DNA of 64,000 bases from an uncultured Candidatus Saccharibacteria bacterium (GCA_964426555.1 CAYRQJ010000005.1:5901-69900); one strand, 5' to 3'; counted from the first letter of the stretch, positions 18,798-29,506 are shown. Notes: generated by a model from the letters alone, not told the origin. Numbers and translations are program-made.

Positions 18798-20399
18798 ATG
18801 AAAGAAAAAATTTCCACACAAATTGCAATAATCTTAAATAAAATAAAGACTTATTTTGTAGATTTTAAAACATTACCAACAAAGAAAAAGATAACTCGCA
18901 TAGTAATTCTGCTTGTGATTTTGTTTATAATTTGGAATGTTGTAAAACCTAAAACAATTGACCCTAATTTAATTACAGTTATACCTGTTGAAACAACAAA
19001 TATTATATCAACTGTAAAATCATCCGGTGTTGTAACATCTGTTACTGATTTAAATTTATCTTTTAAAAATAGTGATTTGGTTCAAACATTGAATGTATCA
19101 GTTGGTGACAAAGTCTCTACTGGACAAATTCTTGCGACTTTGAAAAATGGGAACGAGCTTGGGGCTTTAACTCAAGCCAGAGCATCACTTGCATCAGCTC
19201 AAGCTTCACTTCAAAAAACTATCGAAGGCAGTAGTAGTGAAGAAGTTCGTGTGGCAGAAGTTAGTTTAGAAAATGCAAAACGCAGTTTAAATAATACTCA
19301 GAAATTACAAGATACATTAGTAAAAAATGCACGAATAAATTTATACTCTAATGGGCTTACTGCTGTGTCTTCTTATACTAATTCCAGTACTACTGCGCCT
19401 GTGATTTCAGGAACATATTACGGAGAAACTGAAGAAGAATATACTATAAATATATACGGTACAGGTAATGGTAGTTACGCTAACATTACTAGTACTGGCG
19501 GTGATAGTGGTAGTATCCCTGTAACTACAAATGGTCCAGTAAAGCTGGGGACTCGCGGTCTTTATGTTCAATTTAGTTCTGCGAATTCTTCTTCTTCTGA
19601 ATCTTGGAAAATAAAAGTTCCAAATACTGCAAGTTCTACTTATTCTACAAATCTTAGTGCTTATAATAGTGCATTAGAAACAAAAGATTCTGCAATAGAG
19701 ACTGCTCAGGCTACAGTTGATAATGCAAGTGCAAATCTAGATCTTAAAAAAGCTGCCGCAAGACCAGTAGATATAGATTTAAAACAAGCTGAAGTACTGC
19801 GTGCACAAGGGCAACTTCAAAGTGCACAAGGGGCTTATGAAAATACAATTATTCGCGCTCCAGCAAATGGCACAATAACCAAAGCTGACTTAAAAGTAGG
19901 AGAGCTTGCAAAATCTCTTGATCCAGTAATTGTGCTTCAAGATGTAAGCAAGCTTTATGTTGAATCAAATATTAATGAATCAAATATTACCGAAGTGTTT
20001 GCTGGACAAACAGTTGAAATAACAATTGACGCTTATGGTCCAAATAAATTATTTACCGGAATAGTTACAATGGTTGAACCCGGAGCTACGATTACTGATG
20101 GTATTGTTAACTATAAAGTAAAAGTTTCTCTTGATGTAAATGACGTAAATATAAAACCAGGAATGAATGCTAACTTGGTAATCAAAACTGGTGAAAAAAA
20201 TAATGTGCTAGCAATTCCAAATGCATCTGTAGAAAAAAGAGATGGAAAAAATTATGTTTCGGTTATTACAAACGAAAGTAAGAAAAAATACATAGAAAGA
20301 GAAGTTGTAACCGGTATTGTTGGTAGTGGTAATTTAGTAGAAATTGTATCAGGGCTTGCCACTGGTGAAAAAGTAGCTCTAGTAGAAAAAGAAAAATAA
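18798..20399 (+). CDS. Membrane-fusion (MacA/RND adaptor) protein with Ser/Thr-rich insert
   Basis: VSVGDKVSTGQILA, coiled-coil hairpin, IRAPANGTI and KPGMNA. Start set at ATG 18798. Confidence 0.88.
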   Translation: MKEKISTQIAIILNKIKTYFVDFKTLPTKKKITRIVILLVILFIIWNVVKPKTIDPNLITVIPVETTNIISTVKSSGVVTSVTDLNLSFKNSDLVQTLNVSVGDKVSTGQILATLKNGNELGALTQARASLASAQASLQKTIEGSSSEEVRVAEVSLENAKRSLNNTQKLQDTLVKNARINLYSNGLTAVSSYTNSSTTAPVISGTYYGETEEEYTINIYGTGNGSYANITSTGGDSGSIPVTTNGPVKLGTRGLYVQFSSANSSSSESWKIKVPNTASSTYSTNLSAYNSALETKDSAIETAQATVDNASANLDLKKAAARPVDIDLKQAEVLRAQGQLQSAQGAYENTIIRAPANGTITKADLKVGELAKSLDPVIVLQDVSKLYVESNINESNITEVFAGQTVEITIDAYGPNKLFTGIVTMVEPGATITDGIVNYKVKVSLDVNDVNIKPGMNANLVIKTGEKNNVLAIPNASVEKRDGKNYVSVITNESKKKYIEREVVTGIVGSGNLVEIVSGLATGEKVALVEKEK

Positions 20400-20402
20400 T
20401 CT

Positions 20403-21695
20403 ATGGATCCTGTACTTGACCGTGAAAAAATTAAAAAAGAAAATTCATTTTCTCAAAATTTGCGCGTTGGTTTCTTTTTAGCAAAAAGAGATATAAAACG
20501 CGCAAACATTTGGACTACGGCATTGATTGTGTCTGTAATGATTTTTACTTTTTTGAATTTAGTTGTTGTTGCTGGAATACTTGTTGGTTTGATTGAAGGA
20601 AGTGAAAACGCAGCACGAAATTATGGTTCAGGGGATGTTGTGGTTTCTGCTTTTTTAAACAAATCAAATATTGAGCATACTCCAGAAATTGTAGACATAA
20701 TCAAAACTTATCCTGGTTATAAAAGCCATACTGTTCGTTATATTGCGTCTGCCAAAGTTTCGTCAGATTATCGCAGTACTATAAAACCAGGAGATTTAAG
20801 AAATGGAGCCGGTGGAACATTAACTGGAATAGATGTAAATCAAGAAGAAGCTTTTTCAGGATTTTCAAAATTCGTAATCCGCGGAGAAGTTTTAACTCCA
20901 ACAGATTTTGACAGTGTTTTGATTGGTAAAAATCTTCTATATGAATTTACACCTATTGAATCTCCTGGATTCCAAACACTAAAAAATATAAATATAGGAG
21001 ACCGCGTCAAAGTAACAGTAGGGAATAACTCTAAAGAATATTTTGTAAAAGGAATACTTTCTTCAAAAGTAGATGAATTTGATAATGTAATAATGACTGT
21101 TGATAGTGAAGTTCGTAAACTAACAGGACAAGACAATTTAAATGCTGACGGGATTTCTATAAAATTAAAAGATGGATATACCGACACTGGAATGAAACAG
21201 TTTTTAATGAATAGTGGTGTAGGAGATTATGCACGTGTGCAAACTTTTGATGAAGCTATCCCAAAATTCTTAAAAGACATAAAGGGTACTTTTGCAATAT
21301 TGGGTAACGCAATTTCTGGTATTGGGTTAATAGTTGCTTGTATTACAATATTTATTGTTATTTTTGTGAACGCAATTACTCGTCGCAGATTTATTGGTAT
21401 TCTAAAAGGTATTGGGATAAACAAAAAAGCTATACTTTATTCATACATGATGCAGGCTATGATATATGCATTTATGGGAATAATAATTGGGATGATATTA
21501 ACTTTTGGTTTAATCAAACCATACTTTGCAGCAAACCCAATTGATTTTCCTTTTTCTGACGGAATACTGGTAGCTACATTTGTGGGAACACTACAGCGTG
21601 CGGGAATATTGTTAATAGCTACTCTTATTTCAGGATATATACCAGCCAGAATGGTCGTAAAACAAAATACACTGGATGCAATTTTAGGAAGATAA
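20403..21695 (+). CDS. ABC transporter permease (MacB/FtsX family)
   Basis: TM, large extracytoplasmic domain, RRRFIGILKGIG and IPARM. Confidence 0.88.
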   Translation: MDPVLDREKIKKENSFSQNLRVGFFLAKRDIKRANIWTTALIVSVMIFTFLNLVVVAGILVGLIEGSENAARNYGSGDVVVSAFLNKSNIEHTPEIVDIIKTYPGYKSHTVRYIASAKVSSDYRSTIKPGDLRNGAGGTLTGIDVNQEEAFSGFSKFVIRGEVLTPTDFDSVLIGKNLLYEFTPIESPGFQTLKNINIGDRVKVTVGNNSKEYFVKGILSSKVDEFDNVIMTVDSEVRKLTGQDNLNADGISIKLKDGYTDTGMKQFLMNSGVGDYARVQTFDEAIPKFLKDIKGTFAILGNAISGIGLIVACITIFIVIFVNAITRRRFIGILKGIGINKKAILYSYMMQAMIYAFMGIIIGMILTFGLIKPYFAANPIDFPFSDGILVATFVGTLQRAGILLIATLISGYIPARMVVKQNTLDAILGR

Positions 21696-21704
21696 AATAA
21701 ATTT

Positions 21705-22379
21705 ATGATACAAATAGAAAACATTAGTAAAATATTTCAAAGCGGAGACAGTGAGATTAGAGCAATAGATAATTTATCTTTCTCTATCCCAGCAGGACAA
21801 TTTGTTACTATTTCTGGGAAATCTGGGTCAGGTAAATCAACATTGCTATACCAATTGGGATTACTGGATGAACCAACTCATGGCTCTATTAAAATAGATG
21901 GTGTTGAAATGGTTGGGCTAGATGAAGAAGAAAGAACAATGATAAGACTAAATGATTTGGGCTATGTTTTTCAAGACTATGCTGTTATTCCATCATTAAC
22001 TGCAATTGAAAATGTAATGGTGCCACTATTAATGCAAGGTGATACAGAAGCCATGGCAAAAACAAAATCCATAAATGCAATGGAGAAAGTTGGATTAGGA
22101 AATAGATTAGATAATCTACCTTCACAGCTTTCAGGGGGGCAACAACAGCGTGTGGCAATTGCGCGGGCTATAGCGCACAACCCCAAGATTATTTTTGCCG
22201 ACGAGCCAACAGCTAATTTAGATTCTGAAACTTCAGACCAAGTAATACATACTTTTCTTAAATTAAATCAGGAAGGTCAAACCATAGTTATGGTTACCCA
22301 CGAACCCGAATATGCTCAAATGGCCCACAGGACAATTTATCTTGCAGATGGTAAAATAGTAGAAGATAAGATGAATTAA
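21705..22379 (+). CDS. ABC transporter ATP-binding protein (LolD/MacB type)
   Basis: [31 protein letters not shown] and VTH. Confidence 0.95.
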   Translation: MIQIENISKIFQSGDSEIRAIDNLSFSIPAGQFVTISGKSGSGKSTLLYQLGLLDEPTHGSIKIDGVEMVGLDEEERTMIRLNDLGYVFQDYAVIPSLTAIENVMVPLLMQGDTEAMAKTKSINAMEKVGLGNRLDNLPSQLSGGQQQRVAIARAIAHNPKIIFADEPTANLDSETSDQVIHTFLKLNQEGQTIVMVTHEPEYAQMAHRTIYLADGKIVEDKMN

Positions 22380-22397
22380 TAGTTAACGATAAATTAT

Positions 22398-23204
22398 ATG
22401 AATACAATTTTCGACAATAAAAAAACATTACAAGGAATAATAATTGCAGTTGCAGTGTGTCTTTGTGTTTTCTTTTTAGCGCAGGCTAGTAGTGCAATAA
22501 AAGAAGAAAGCAAAAATGATATGCCAGCTACAATTACAGTAACAGGTGACGGTGAATTTTTTGCAGTTCCTGATACTGCAACATTTACTTTTAGTGTAGA
22601 GAAAGAGGGGAAGACTCAGAAAGAAGCTAACGATACTGGTGCAACTATAATGAACAAAATAATAGATACACTGAAAAAAGATTATGGTATGAGTAGTACA
22701 AAAGATTTAAAGACTATTAGTATGTCTGTAAATCCAAAATACGAATATTCTGTACCAAAGCCATGTTACGGTGAAATTTGTCCAGCATATATGCCAGTAT
22801 CTCAACAAAAAATAGTTGGCTACACATTTAGTCAAACTGTAACTGCAAAAATAAACAACCTTGATAAAGCCGGAGAAATTTCTGCAAAGCTTAGCGAACT
22901 GGGCGCTACAAATGTAAACGGTCCAGAATTTACTTTGAAAGACGAAGACGTAGCTAAAGAAACAGCTCGTAAAGACGCAATTACAAATGCACAAGAAAAA
23001 GCAAAAATATTAGCAGACCAATTGGGAGTAAGACTGGGTAAGATTCAAAATTTCTCTGAAAATGCTGGTGGCGGAATGTACCCAGTAGCTTATGGTGGAG
23101 ACATGATGCGTTCTGCTACTATGGAAAAATCTGTTGCTCCAGAAATGCCAACAGGGGAGAACAAATATATTTCTAATGTGTCTATAACTTATAAAATAAA
23201 ATAA
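22398..23204 (+). CDS. SIMPL (DUF541) domain protein
   Basis: TITVTGDGEFFAVPDTA and AKILADQLGVRLGKI. Confidence 0.88.
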   Translation: MNTIFDNKKTLQGIIIAVAVCLCVFFLAQASSAIKEESKNDMPATITVTGDGEFFAVPDTATFTFSVEKEGKTQKEANDTGATIMNKIIDTLKKDYGMSSTKDLKTISMSVNPKYEYSVPKPCYGEICPAYMPVSQQKIVGYTFSQTVTAKINNLDKAGEISAKLSELGATNVNGPEFTLKDEDVAKETARKDAITNAQEKAKILADQLGVRLGKIQNFSENAGGGMYPVAYGGDMMRSATMEKSVAPEMPTGENKYISNVSITYKIK

Positions 23205-23216
23205 GATAAATACTAA

Positions 23217-23245
23217 TAAAAAGCCCTGAAATCAGGGCTTTTTAT
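23217..23245 (+). terminator. Rho-independent terminator
   Basis: ataaaagccctg-aaat-cagggctttttat. Confidence 0.75.
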
Positions 23246-23334
23246 GTGTTTGACTTTTGGGGGTAAATACGGTAGTATATCTATATAGGGCCCCGAAAGG
23301 GCTTTTAAAATTGCCCGAATTAATTTATATTTTT

Positions 23335-23520
23335 ATGGAAAAAATTACAAACTATTTAAAAGCAACAAAGTTAGAAATGGCAAATGTTGTATGGCCAAAG
23401 AGAAACATGGTGTTTGTGCACACTATTATTGTAGTTGTTATTGCACTTTTTGTTGGTTACCTTTCAGGATTTTTGGATTCTCTGTTTAAAATGGGACTTG
23501 GAAAATTACTTGGATTTTAA
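23335..23520 (+). CDS. secE: Preprotein translocase SecE
   Basis: LEMANVVWP motif plus a TM helix; directly upstream of nusG. Confidence 0.9.
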   Translation: MEKITNYLKATKLEMANVVWPKRNMVFVHTIIVVVIALFVGYLSGFLDSLFKMGLGKLLGF

Positions 23521-23540
23521 TAATTAAATTTTAAAAACAT

Positions 23541-24086
23541 ATGGCAAAACAAGGCGAAGGAAACCGTAACTGGTATGCAGTGCATACATATGCAGGTTAC
23601 GAAAATGCAGTCCTAAGAAATTTGCGTCAACGTATTGATTCACTGGGGATGCAAGAAAAAATATTCAATGTTGTTGTTCCTACTGAAAAGAAAATAAAAA
23701 TCAAAGGTAACAAGCGCGTAGAAGTAGAAGAAAAAACTTATCCCGGTTATGTGCTAGTAGATATGATAGTAACTGATGATTCATGGTATGTAGTACGAAA
23801 TACTCCTAGAGTTACAGGATTCGTTGGGGCAGGGGTAAACCCAGTTCCATTAACTGACAAAGAAGTAGAATCGTTATTTAAAACAATGAATACTGAAAAT
23901 GAAGTAATCTACACATCTCTATATTCAGTAGACGAACCAATAAGAATTACTGATGGTCCATTTAAAGACTTAGAAGGTGTTGTTTCCGAAGTAGATACAG
24001 TTCATGGTAAAGTAAAAGTATTAGTATCTCTTTTTGGAAGAGAAACACCGGTAGAATTAGACTTTTTACAAGTAAAGAAATTATAA
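23541..24086 (+). CDS. nusG: Transcription termination/antitermination factor NusG
   Basis: WYAVHTYAGYE, YPGYVLV, TPRVTGFVG and FGRETPVEL. Confidence 0.98.
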   Translation: MAKQGEGNRNWYAVHTYAGYENAVLRNLRQRIDSLGMQEKIFNVVVPTEKKIKIKGNKRVEVEEKTYPGYVLVDMIVTDDSWYVVRNTPRVTGFVGAGVNPVPLTDKEVESLFKTMNTENEVIYTSLYSVDEPIRITDGPFKDLEGVVSEVDTVHGKVKVLVSLFGRETPVELDFLQVKKL

Positions 24087-24173
24087 GAAAAAATATTCGT
24101 TTCTGGGGCTCAAATATATGTCGCGAGCAAGCTTCTCCCAGGGCGACAAAATAGTTAATTAATTAATAAATTT

Positions 24174-24602
24174 ATGGCAACTAAGAAAATAATCAAAAAC
24201 GCAAAATTTCTTGCACCAGCAGGTAAAGCAACACCAGCTCCACCACTTGGTCCAGTATTAGGTCAAGCCGGAGTAAACATTGCCGAATTCTGTCAAAAAT
24301 TTAACGCTGCATCACAAGAATTTCTTGGAGAAACAGTAGGTGTAAAACTAACAGTTTACGAAGACAGAACTTACGATTTCTTTATTAAAACTCCGCCAGT
24401 TACAGGTATGATTTTAAAAGCTGCTGGTATGGAAAAAGGAGCTGCAAAAGCAGGTTCAAGTAAAGCAGGTAAAATCACTCGTGCTCAAGCTGAAGAAATT
24501 GCAAAAAGAAAAATGCAAGATCTAAATGCTAAAGATTTAGAAGGTGCAGTAAAAATTATTGCTGGATCTGCTCGATCTATGGGTATCCAAATTGTAGACT
24601 AA
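24174..24602 (+). CDS. rplK: 50S ribosomal protein L11
   Basis: AGKATPAPPLGPVLGQ and IAGSARSMGI. Confidence 0.98.
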   Translation: MATKKIIKNAKFLAPAGKATPAPPLGPVLGQAGVNIAEFCQKFNAASQEFLGETVGVKLTVYEDRTYDFFIKTPPVTGMILKAAGMEKGAAKAGSSKAGKITRAQAEEIAKRKMQDLNAKDLEGAVKIIAGSARSMGIQIVD

Positions 24603-24619
24603 ATAGAAATATTCATTAT

Positions 24620-24640
24620 TACCCCCGCAAGGGGGTTTTA
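24620..24640 (+). terminator. Terminator directly after rplK
   Basis: accccc-gcaa-gggggtttt. Confidence 0.7.
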
Positions 24641-24677
24641 TTGTTGGAGTATCTTTATGGTGGTATAATATAATTAT

Positions 24678-25520
24678 ATGGAAAACAATAATTCATCCAG
24701 CAGTGTTATGTCTTTAATAAAAAGTAGCACTCGTTTTTTTAAACAAAATTACCAGCTATATCTACCAGTCTTAGTAATATTGTATGTATTTACAATACTG
24801 CGTATCCCAACAGAAGAAGGAAATCAATTTTCTTTACTTGGTTTAATTCTTCAAATTGGATACCTATATTTTTTAATAGGATTTATGAAACTAGTTGTTA
24901 GTAATAACAATACAAGTCAATTGTCTGTTAAAAATATTTTTCCAAATATTAAAACTATAATTCGTCCAGTTGCAACATTGGTTTCTTTGGTTGTTGCTAT
25001 GATGGTTATTTATTTACCTTTTGTTTTGCTTATAGCAAGTAGTTTTATAAAAAATATTACAAATAATATAATGCCCAAAGAAGCAATATACAGTATGTTC
25101 CCTGTAATTTTGGTTTTTATTATTTTAGTAATTTTGACTTCTTTTATTTTAAATTCAACACTACTATTCTCAATAAAAAACAATACTTGGCCAATGCGCT
25201 CTGTTAAAGATTTCTTTAAATCCGTAAAAGGAAGACTCTTTAAAACTTTTGGTAAAATAATGCTTTTAACTTTTTACATGCTGTGTATTGTTATGGTTAT
25301 GGCATTACTATTTACGTTAGTTACAATTGGTTTTGGGTCTGAATATATTTCTATGGTTATATTGCTTGCAGTATTTCAACTAACTATTTTCCCTGTATAT
25401 TATATTTGTTTTACTAAAATAGTTTTACCAATAGATAACGAAAACCATAATTTACCTGAAATTCAGCCATTAGAAGTTAATCCGCCAGTAGAAATTGATT
25501 CTGTTGGTCAAAATATATAA
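24678..25520 (+). CDS. Hypothetical polytopic membrane protein
   Basis: About 6 TM helices; own TGGTATAAT promoter. Confidence 0.75.
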   Translation: MENNNSSSSVMSLIKSSTRFFKQNYQLYLPVLVILYVFTILRIPTEEGNQFSLLGLILQIGYLYFLIGFMKLVVSNNNTSQLSVKNIFPNIKTIIRPVATLVSLVVAMMVIYLPFVLLIASSFIKNITNNIMPKEAIYSMFPVILVFIILVILTSFILNSTLLFSIKNNTWPMRSVKDFFKSVKGRLFKTFGKIMLLTFYMLCIVMVMALLFTLVTIGFGSEYISMVILLAVFQLTIFPVYYICFTKIVLPIDNENHNLPEIQPLEVNPPVEIDSVGQNI

Positions 25521-25521
25521 T

Positions 25522-25677
25522 ATGTTTTTTACAAAAGTCTTAAGTCACATTCAAACAATAGGGTATGTCTATTTTTTGCTTATAATCGTAGCAGATATAA
25601 TACTTTGGAAGATTCATCCAGTGTTAGGAGTCTTAGGGGTTCTATTCACATTTGCATTTCTTCTTGGTTGGCTATAA
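25522..25677 (+). CDS. Small hydrophobic protein
   Basis: ATG one base after the previous stop; two hydrophobic segments. Confidence 0.5.
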   Translation: MFFTKVLSHIQTIGYVYFLLIIVADIILWKIHPVLGVLGVLFTFAFLLGWL

Positions 25678-25901
25678 TTTGTTTTAAAATAAAATAAAAT
25701 TATTTTTTTAGTAACCCAAAAAGCTTCCTATAGGAAGCTTTTTGGGTTATGGTATTGACTACAGTAAATATAAATTTTCTAACCCCCAAAAACACCTCTT
25801 TTTGGGTTTTCCACTGTTTTTTTTCGGGCCAAATTTTGGTATTATGATAGTCCATGCAGGTAACTATGTCGCATGCATTATAATAATATATCAATTTATC
25901 C

Positions 25902-28436
25902 ATGTCGATCTTTATAACCCATCGTGACGGTACAAAAGAAGAGTTTAATGCTGACCACATTAACCGTTCTATTGAAAAAGCCGCAGCTAACCTTACTGAC
26001 ATCACTGCAAAAGTGATGCAAATTGCTTCAGAAACACAGCTCACATTGTATGATGGTATAACAACCGACGAACTTGATATTGCAACTATAAATGCAGCAC
26101 TTCAAAATGCTCAAGAAGATTTAGAATTCGACAAAATTGCTACACGACTACTTTTAAAAGTAATTTATAAAAGAGTATTAGGTGCATACCCAGAAGAAGA
26201 ATTAGATAACGCACACAAAAATGGTTTCAAAGAATTTATTTCAAAAGGTATTGAAATTAATGTTCTAAACAAAAATTTGGGAGAACTTTTTGATCTAGAT
26301 GCTCTTTCCAATGCACTGGATTTATCTCGTGATGAACTATATTCTTATTCTGGAATTTCTTCAATGCAAAATCGCTACCTTACAAAAGGAACCGATGGTC
26401 ATGCAATTGAAACACCACAATATTTTTGGATGCGTGTAGCTATGGCAATGTCTACAAACGAAGTAGACCGTAATGCTTGGGCAATAAAGTTTTATGAAAA
26501 AATGTCAAAACTTGAGTATCTTTCAGCAGGATCAACTAACATTGGTGCAGGTACAAACAAATCCAGTTTGTCTAACTGTTACTTAATGGAAATGCACGAC
26601 GACATGGCACATATTGGTAAAACAATATCTGACGTCTTACTGCTTTCTAAAGCAACAGGTGGTATTGGTCTTTCTGTAACAAAGCTTCGCGCAGAAGGCA
26701 GTATGCTCTCATCTACAAATACAGCATCCAGTGGTCCAATTCCATTTTTACATACTATTGATTCTGCAATTCGTGCAGTACAACGTGGTGGTAAAAAATT
26801 AGGAGCATTATGTTTCTATATGGAAAACTGGCATCTTAATTTTCAAGATTTTCTAGATCTAAAACAAAATGCAGGAGATGACTATCGTCGTGCGCGTACA
26901 GCAAATACTGCTGTGTTTATATCAGACGAATTTATGCGCCGAGTTAGTGCTGGAGAAGACTGGTATCTTTTTGACCCTAATGAAGTAAAAGATTTAAATG
27001 AGCTTTATGGAGATGCCTTTACAAAAAGATATACTGAATATTGCCAAATGGCTGAAAATGGACAAATTAAAATTTGGTCAAAATTACCAGCATCACAACA
27101 ATATAAAAATATTATTGTAATGCTAGAAACTACTTCACACCCATGGCTTACTTGGAAAGATACTATTAATGCCAGAGCATTAAATAATAATACTGGTACA
27201 ATTCACTGTTCTAATTTGTGTACAGAAGTAACATTACCTACTGACCGGGACAATATTGCTGTATGTAATCTTATTTCAATTAACTTGGCAAAACACATTA
27301 ATGGTACTGAAATAAACTGGCCACTACTTGAAGAATCTACTCGTCTTTCAATTCGCCAGTTAGATAATCTTATTGATGTGAATGTTCCACCAATTCCAGA
27401 AGCTAAAAAAGCTGATAAAGAAAATCGTGCAGTTGGTCTTGGTCTTATGGGACTAACCGACACAATTGAAAAGTTGGGAATGTCTTATGAAGATAGTGAT
27501 GCCGCAGAATTAACTGATAAAGTTTTTGAATTTATATCATATTGTGCAATTGATGAGTCTGCTAACTTAGCGGAAGAGCGTGGAAGTTATGGAAATTTCC
27601 CTGGATCAGGCTGGAGTAAAGGTATGGTTCCAATTGATACACTAGCAGTACTAGAATACGAGCGTGGAGAAGAATTAACTGTTTCAAAAGTTTCTTCTTA
27701 TGTTAACCCAATAGTTGATTGGGATAAGTTACGAGCAAAAGTAAAAAATGGAGTTCGTAATGCTACAGTAATGGCAATTGCACCAAATGCAAACATTGGT
27801 CTTGTGGCAGGAACCAGCCCGGGTATTGACCCAAGATTTGCGCAAATGTTTTCAAGAAATAAAATCTCAGGAAAATATTTAGAAGTTAATCCAAACTTGG
27901 TTCATGATTTAAAGAAAGAAGGACTATGGGAAAAAGTTCGTGGTGCAATACTTGAAAACCATGGTGACATTTCAGAAATTGACAGTATTCCAGAAAAAAT
28001 AAAACATATTTACAAAACTTCTTTTTCAATCTCACCATATGCATTTATTGAAATTGCAGCTCGTGCTCAAAAATGGGTAGATCAAGCAATCTCTCGTAAT
28101 ATGTATCTAGAAACTAGAGACATTGAAGAAGTTACAAATGTATATATGCAAGCTTGGAAGAAAGGTCTTAAGACTACGTATTATCTACATATGAAACCTC
28201 GTCATAGCGCTGAACAAAGTACAACCAGTGTAAATAAATCTCAAACTATGGGTAAAGTTGGATTTGCATCATTAAGAATGAAAGCAATTCCTGTAGCTAA
28301 TATTGAAACTATTGATCCTGTTATTTCTTCAGCTGAAACAGATGTAGTAATTCCAGCACATAACGAAGAACCAAAAATAAAAGTTCATGTCGTAAACGAT
28401 CCTCAAGATGCTCTTCTTTGTGAAGGTTGTCAATAA
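25902..28436 (+). CDS. nrdA: Class I ribonucleotide reductase alpha subunit with N-terminal ATP cone
   Basis: ATP cone (ITHRDGTKEEF), LSNCY, SNLCTE, VCNL, KTTYY and C-terminal CEGC. Confidence 0.96.
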   Translation: MSIFITHRDGTKEEFNADHINRSIEKAAANLTDITAKVMQIASETQLTLYDGITTDELDIATINAALQNAQEDLEFDKIATRLLLKVIYKRVLGAYPEEELDNAHKNGFKEFISKGIEINVLNKNLGELFDLDALSNALDLSRDELYSYSGISSMQNRYLTKGTDGHAIETPQYFWMRVAMAMSTNEVDRNAWAIKFYEKMSKLEYLSAGSTNIGAGTNKSSLSNCYLMEMHDDMAHIGKTISDVLLLSKATGGIGLSVTKLRAEGSMLSSTNTASSGPIPFLHTIDSAIRAVQRGGKKLGALCFYMENWHLNFQDFLDLKQNAGDDYRRARTANTAVFISDEFMRRVSAGEDWYLFDPNEVKDLNELYGDAFTKRYTEYCQMAENGQIKIWSKLPASQQYKNIIVMLETTSHPWLTWKDTINARALNNNTGTIHCSNLCTEVTLPTDRDNIAVCNLISINLAKHINGTEINWPLLEESTRLSIRQLDNLIDVNVPPIPEAKKADKENRAVGLGLMGLTDTIEKLGMSYEDSDAAELTDKVFEFISYCAIDESANLAEERGSYGNFPGSGWSKGMVPIDTLAVLEYERGEELTVSKVSSYVNPIVDWDKLRAKVKNGVRNATVMAIAPNANIGLVAGTSPGIDPRFAQMFSRNKISGKYLEVNPNLVHDLKKEGLWEKVRGAILENHGDISEIDSIPEKIKHIYKTSFSISPYAFIEIAARAQKWVDQAISRNMYLETRDIEEVTNVYMQAWKKGLKTTYYLHMKPRHSAEQSTTSVNKSQTMGKVGFASLRMKAIPVANIETIDPVISSAETDVVIPAHNEEPKIKVHVVNDPQDALLCEGCQ

Positions 28437-28460
28437 TTATAAATTAACTAAATATCATAT

Positions 28461-29477
28461 ATGTTATTAGGAAAACCAGCACCAGCAGACACAACACTTC
28501 ACCCAATGCATTACAAATGGGCTTATGATTTATATCAGCAAGCTGTTCGTAATACTTGGTTCCCACACGAAATTGCATTAGGTGAAGATTTGGCGGATTG
28601 GAAAAAAATGACCGACGATGAAAAGCATGCACTGTCTTTTCTTATGGCATTTTTTAACCCAGCCGAACTAATTGTTAATCGTTCACTTGCACTAGGAGTG
28701 TATCCTTATGTAAAAGCTCCAGAAGCTCATCTATATTTAGCAAAACAAATGTGGGAAGAAGCAAACCACTGTGTAGCTTTTGAATATGTACTGGAAACTT
28801 TTCCACTAGACCGTGAAGAAGTATACAAAGTCCATTTAAATACTGAAAGTATGATCGCTAAAGAAGCTTTCATTGAAAAATATTTAACTCGCATGACAGA
28901 AATGAGTATAGATATTGAAACAATTGAAGGTAAAAAAGATTTTATTAGAAATCTTGTAGCTACAAATATCGTAATGGAAGGTGTATGGTTTTACACTGGG
29001 TTTATGGTGGCGCTTTCTTTCCGACAAAGAAACTTGCTTCGTAACTTGGGTTCAATGATCAACTGGGTTGTTCGTGATGAATCTCTACATCTTAAATTTG
29101 GAATTGGTTTAATCATGCAAGGTCTTGAAGAAAACCCAGAAATGTTAACCGAAGAATTTGCAGACGAAATTAGAAACATTGTTATAGAAGGAGTAGACTT
29201 AGAATGTAATTACAATAAAGATTTATTCCCTCATGGAATTCTTGGATTAAACGCTGACTATGTTAACCAATATGTTCAATATATTGCAGACCGAAGATTG
29301 GAAGAGCTGGGACTACCAGCCCATTACAATGTTACAAATCCTGCAAAATGGATGAGTACAGCAAATGATGTGTTTGAACTAGTAAATTTCTTTGAATCTC
29401 AAAATACAAACTACGAAGTTGATGCTGGTGGCCACAGTAATACAAAAAAAGAAGAAGATAAAGAAGAAAGTAAATAA
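28461..29477 (+). CDS. nrdB: Ribonucleotide reductase beta subunit, class Ic (R2c) signature
   Basis: Ligands E69, EEANH, EG and DESLH; Phe107 occupies the radical-Tyr position. Confidence 0.93.
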   Translation: MLLGKPAPADTTLHPMHYKWAYDLYQQAVRNTWFPHEIALGEDLADWKKMTDDEKHALSFLMAFFNPAELIVNRSLALGVYPYVKAPEAHLYLAKQMWEEANHCVAFEYVLETFPLDREEVYKVHLNTESMIAKEAFIEKYLTRMTEMSIDIETIEGKKDFIRNLVATNIVMEGVWFYTGFMVALSFRQRNLLRNLGSMINWVVRDESLHLKFGIGLIMQGLEENPEMLTEEFADEIRNIVIEGVDLECNYNKDLFPHGILGLNADYVNQYVQYIADRRLEELGLPAHYNVTNPAKWMSTANDVFELVNFFESQNTNYEVDAGGHSNTKKEEDKEESK

Positions 29478-29506
29478 TAAAAAGCCCCGCAATGCGGGGC
29501 TTTTTA
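29478..29506 (+). terminator. Terminator after nrdB
   Basis: aaaaagccccgc-aat-gcggggcttttt. Confidence 0.8.

Noticed and set aside
25680-25901. NrdR boxes or small ORFs upstream of nrdA
   Set aside because: No convincing tandem NrdR consensus seen by eye. The ORFs at 25700-26044 and 25742-25927 overlap nrdA or a palindrome and lack motifs.
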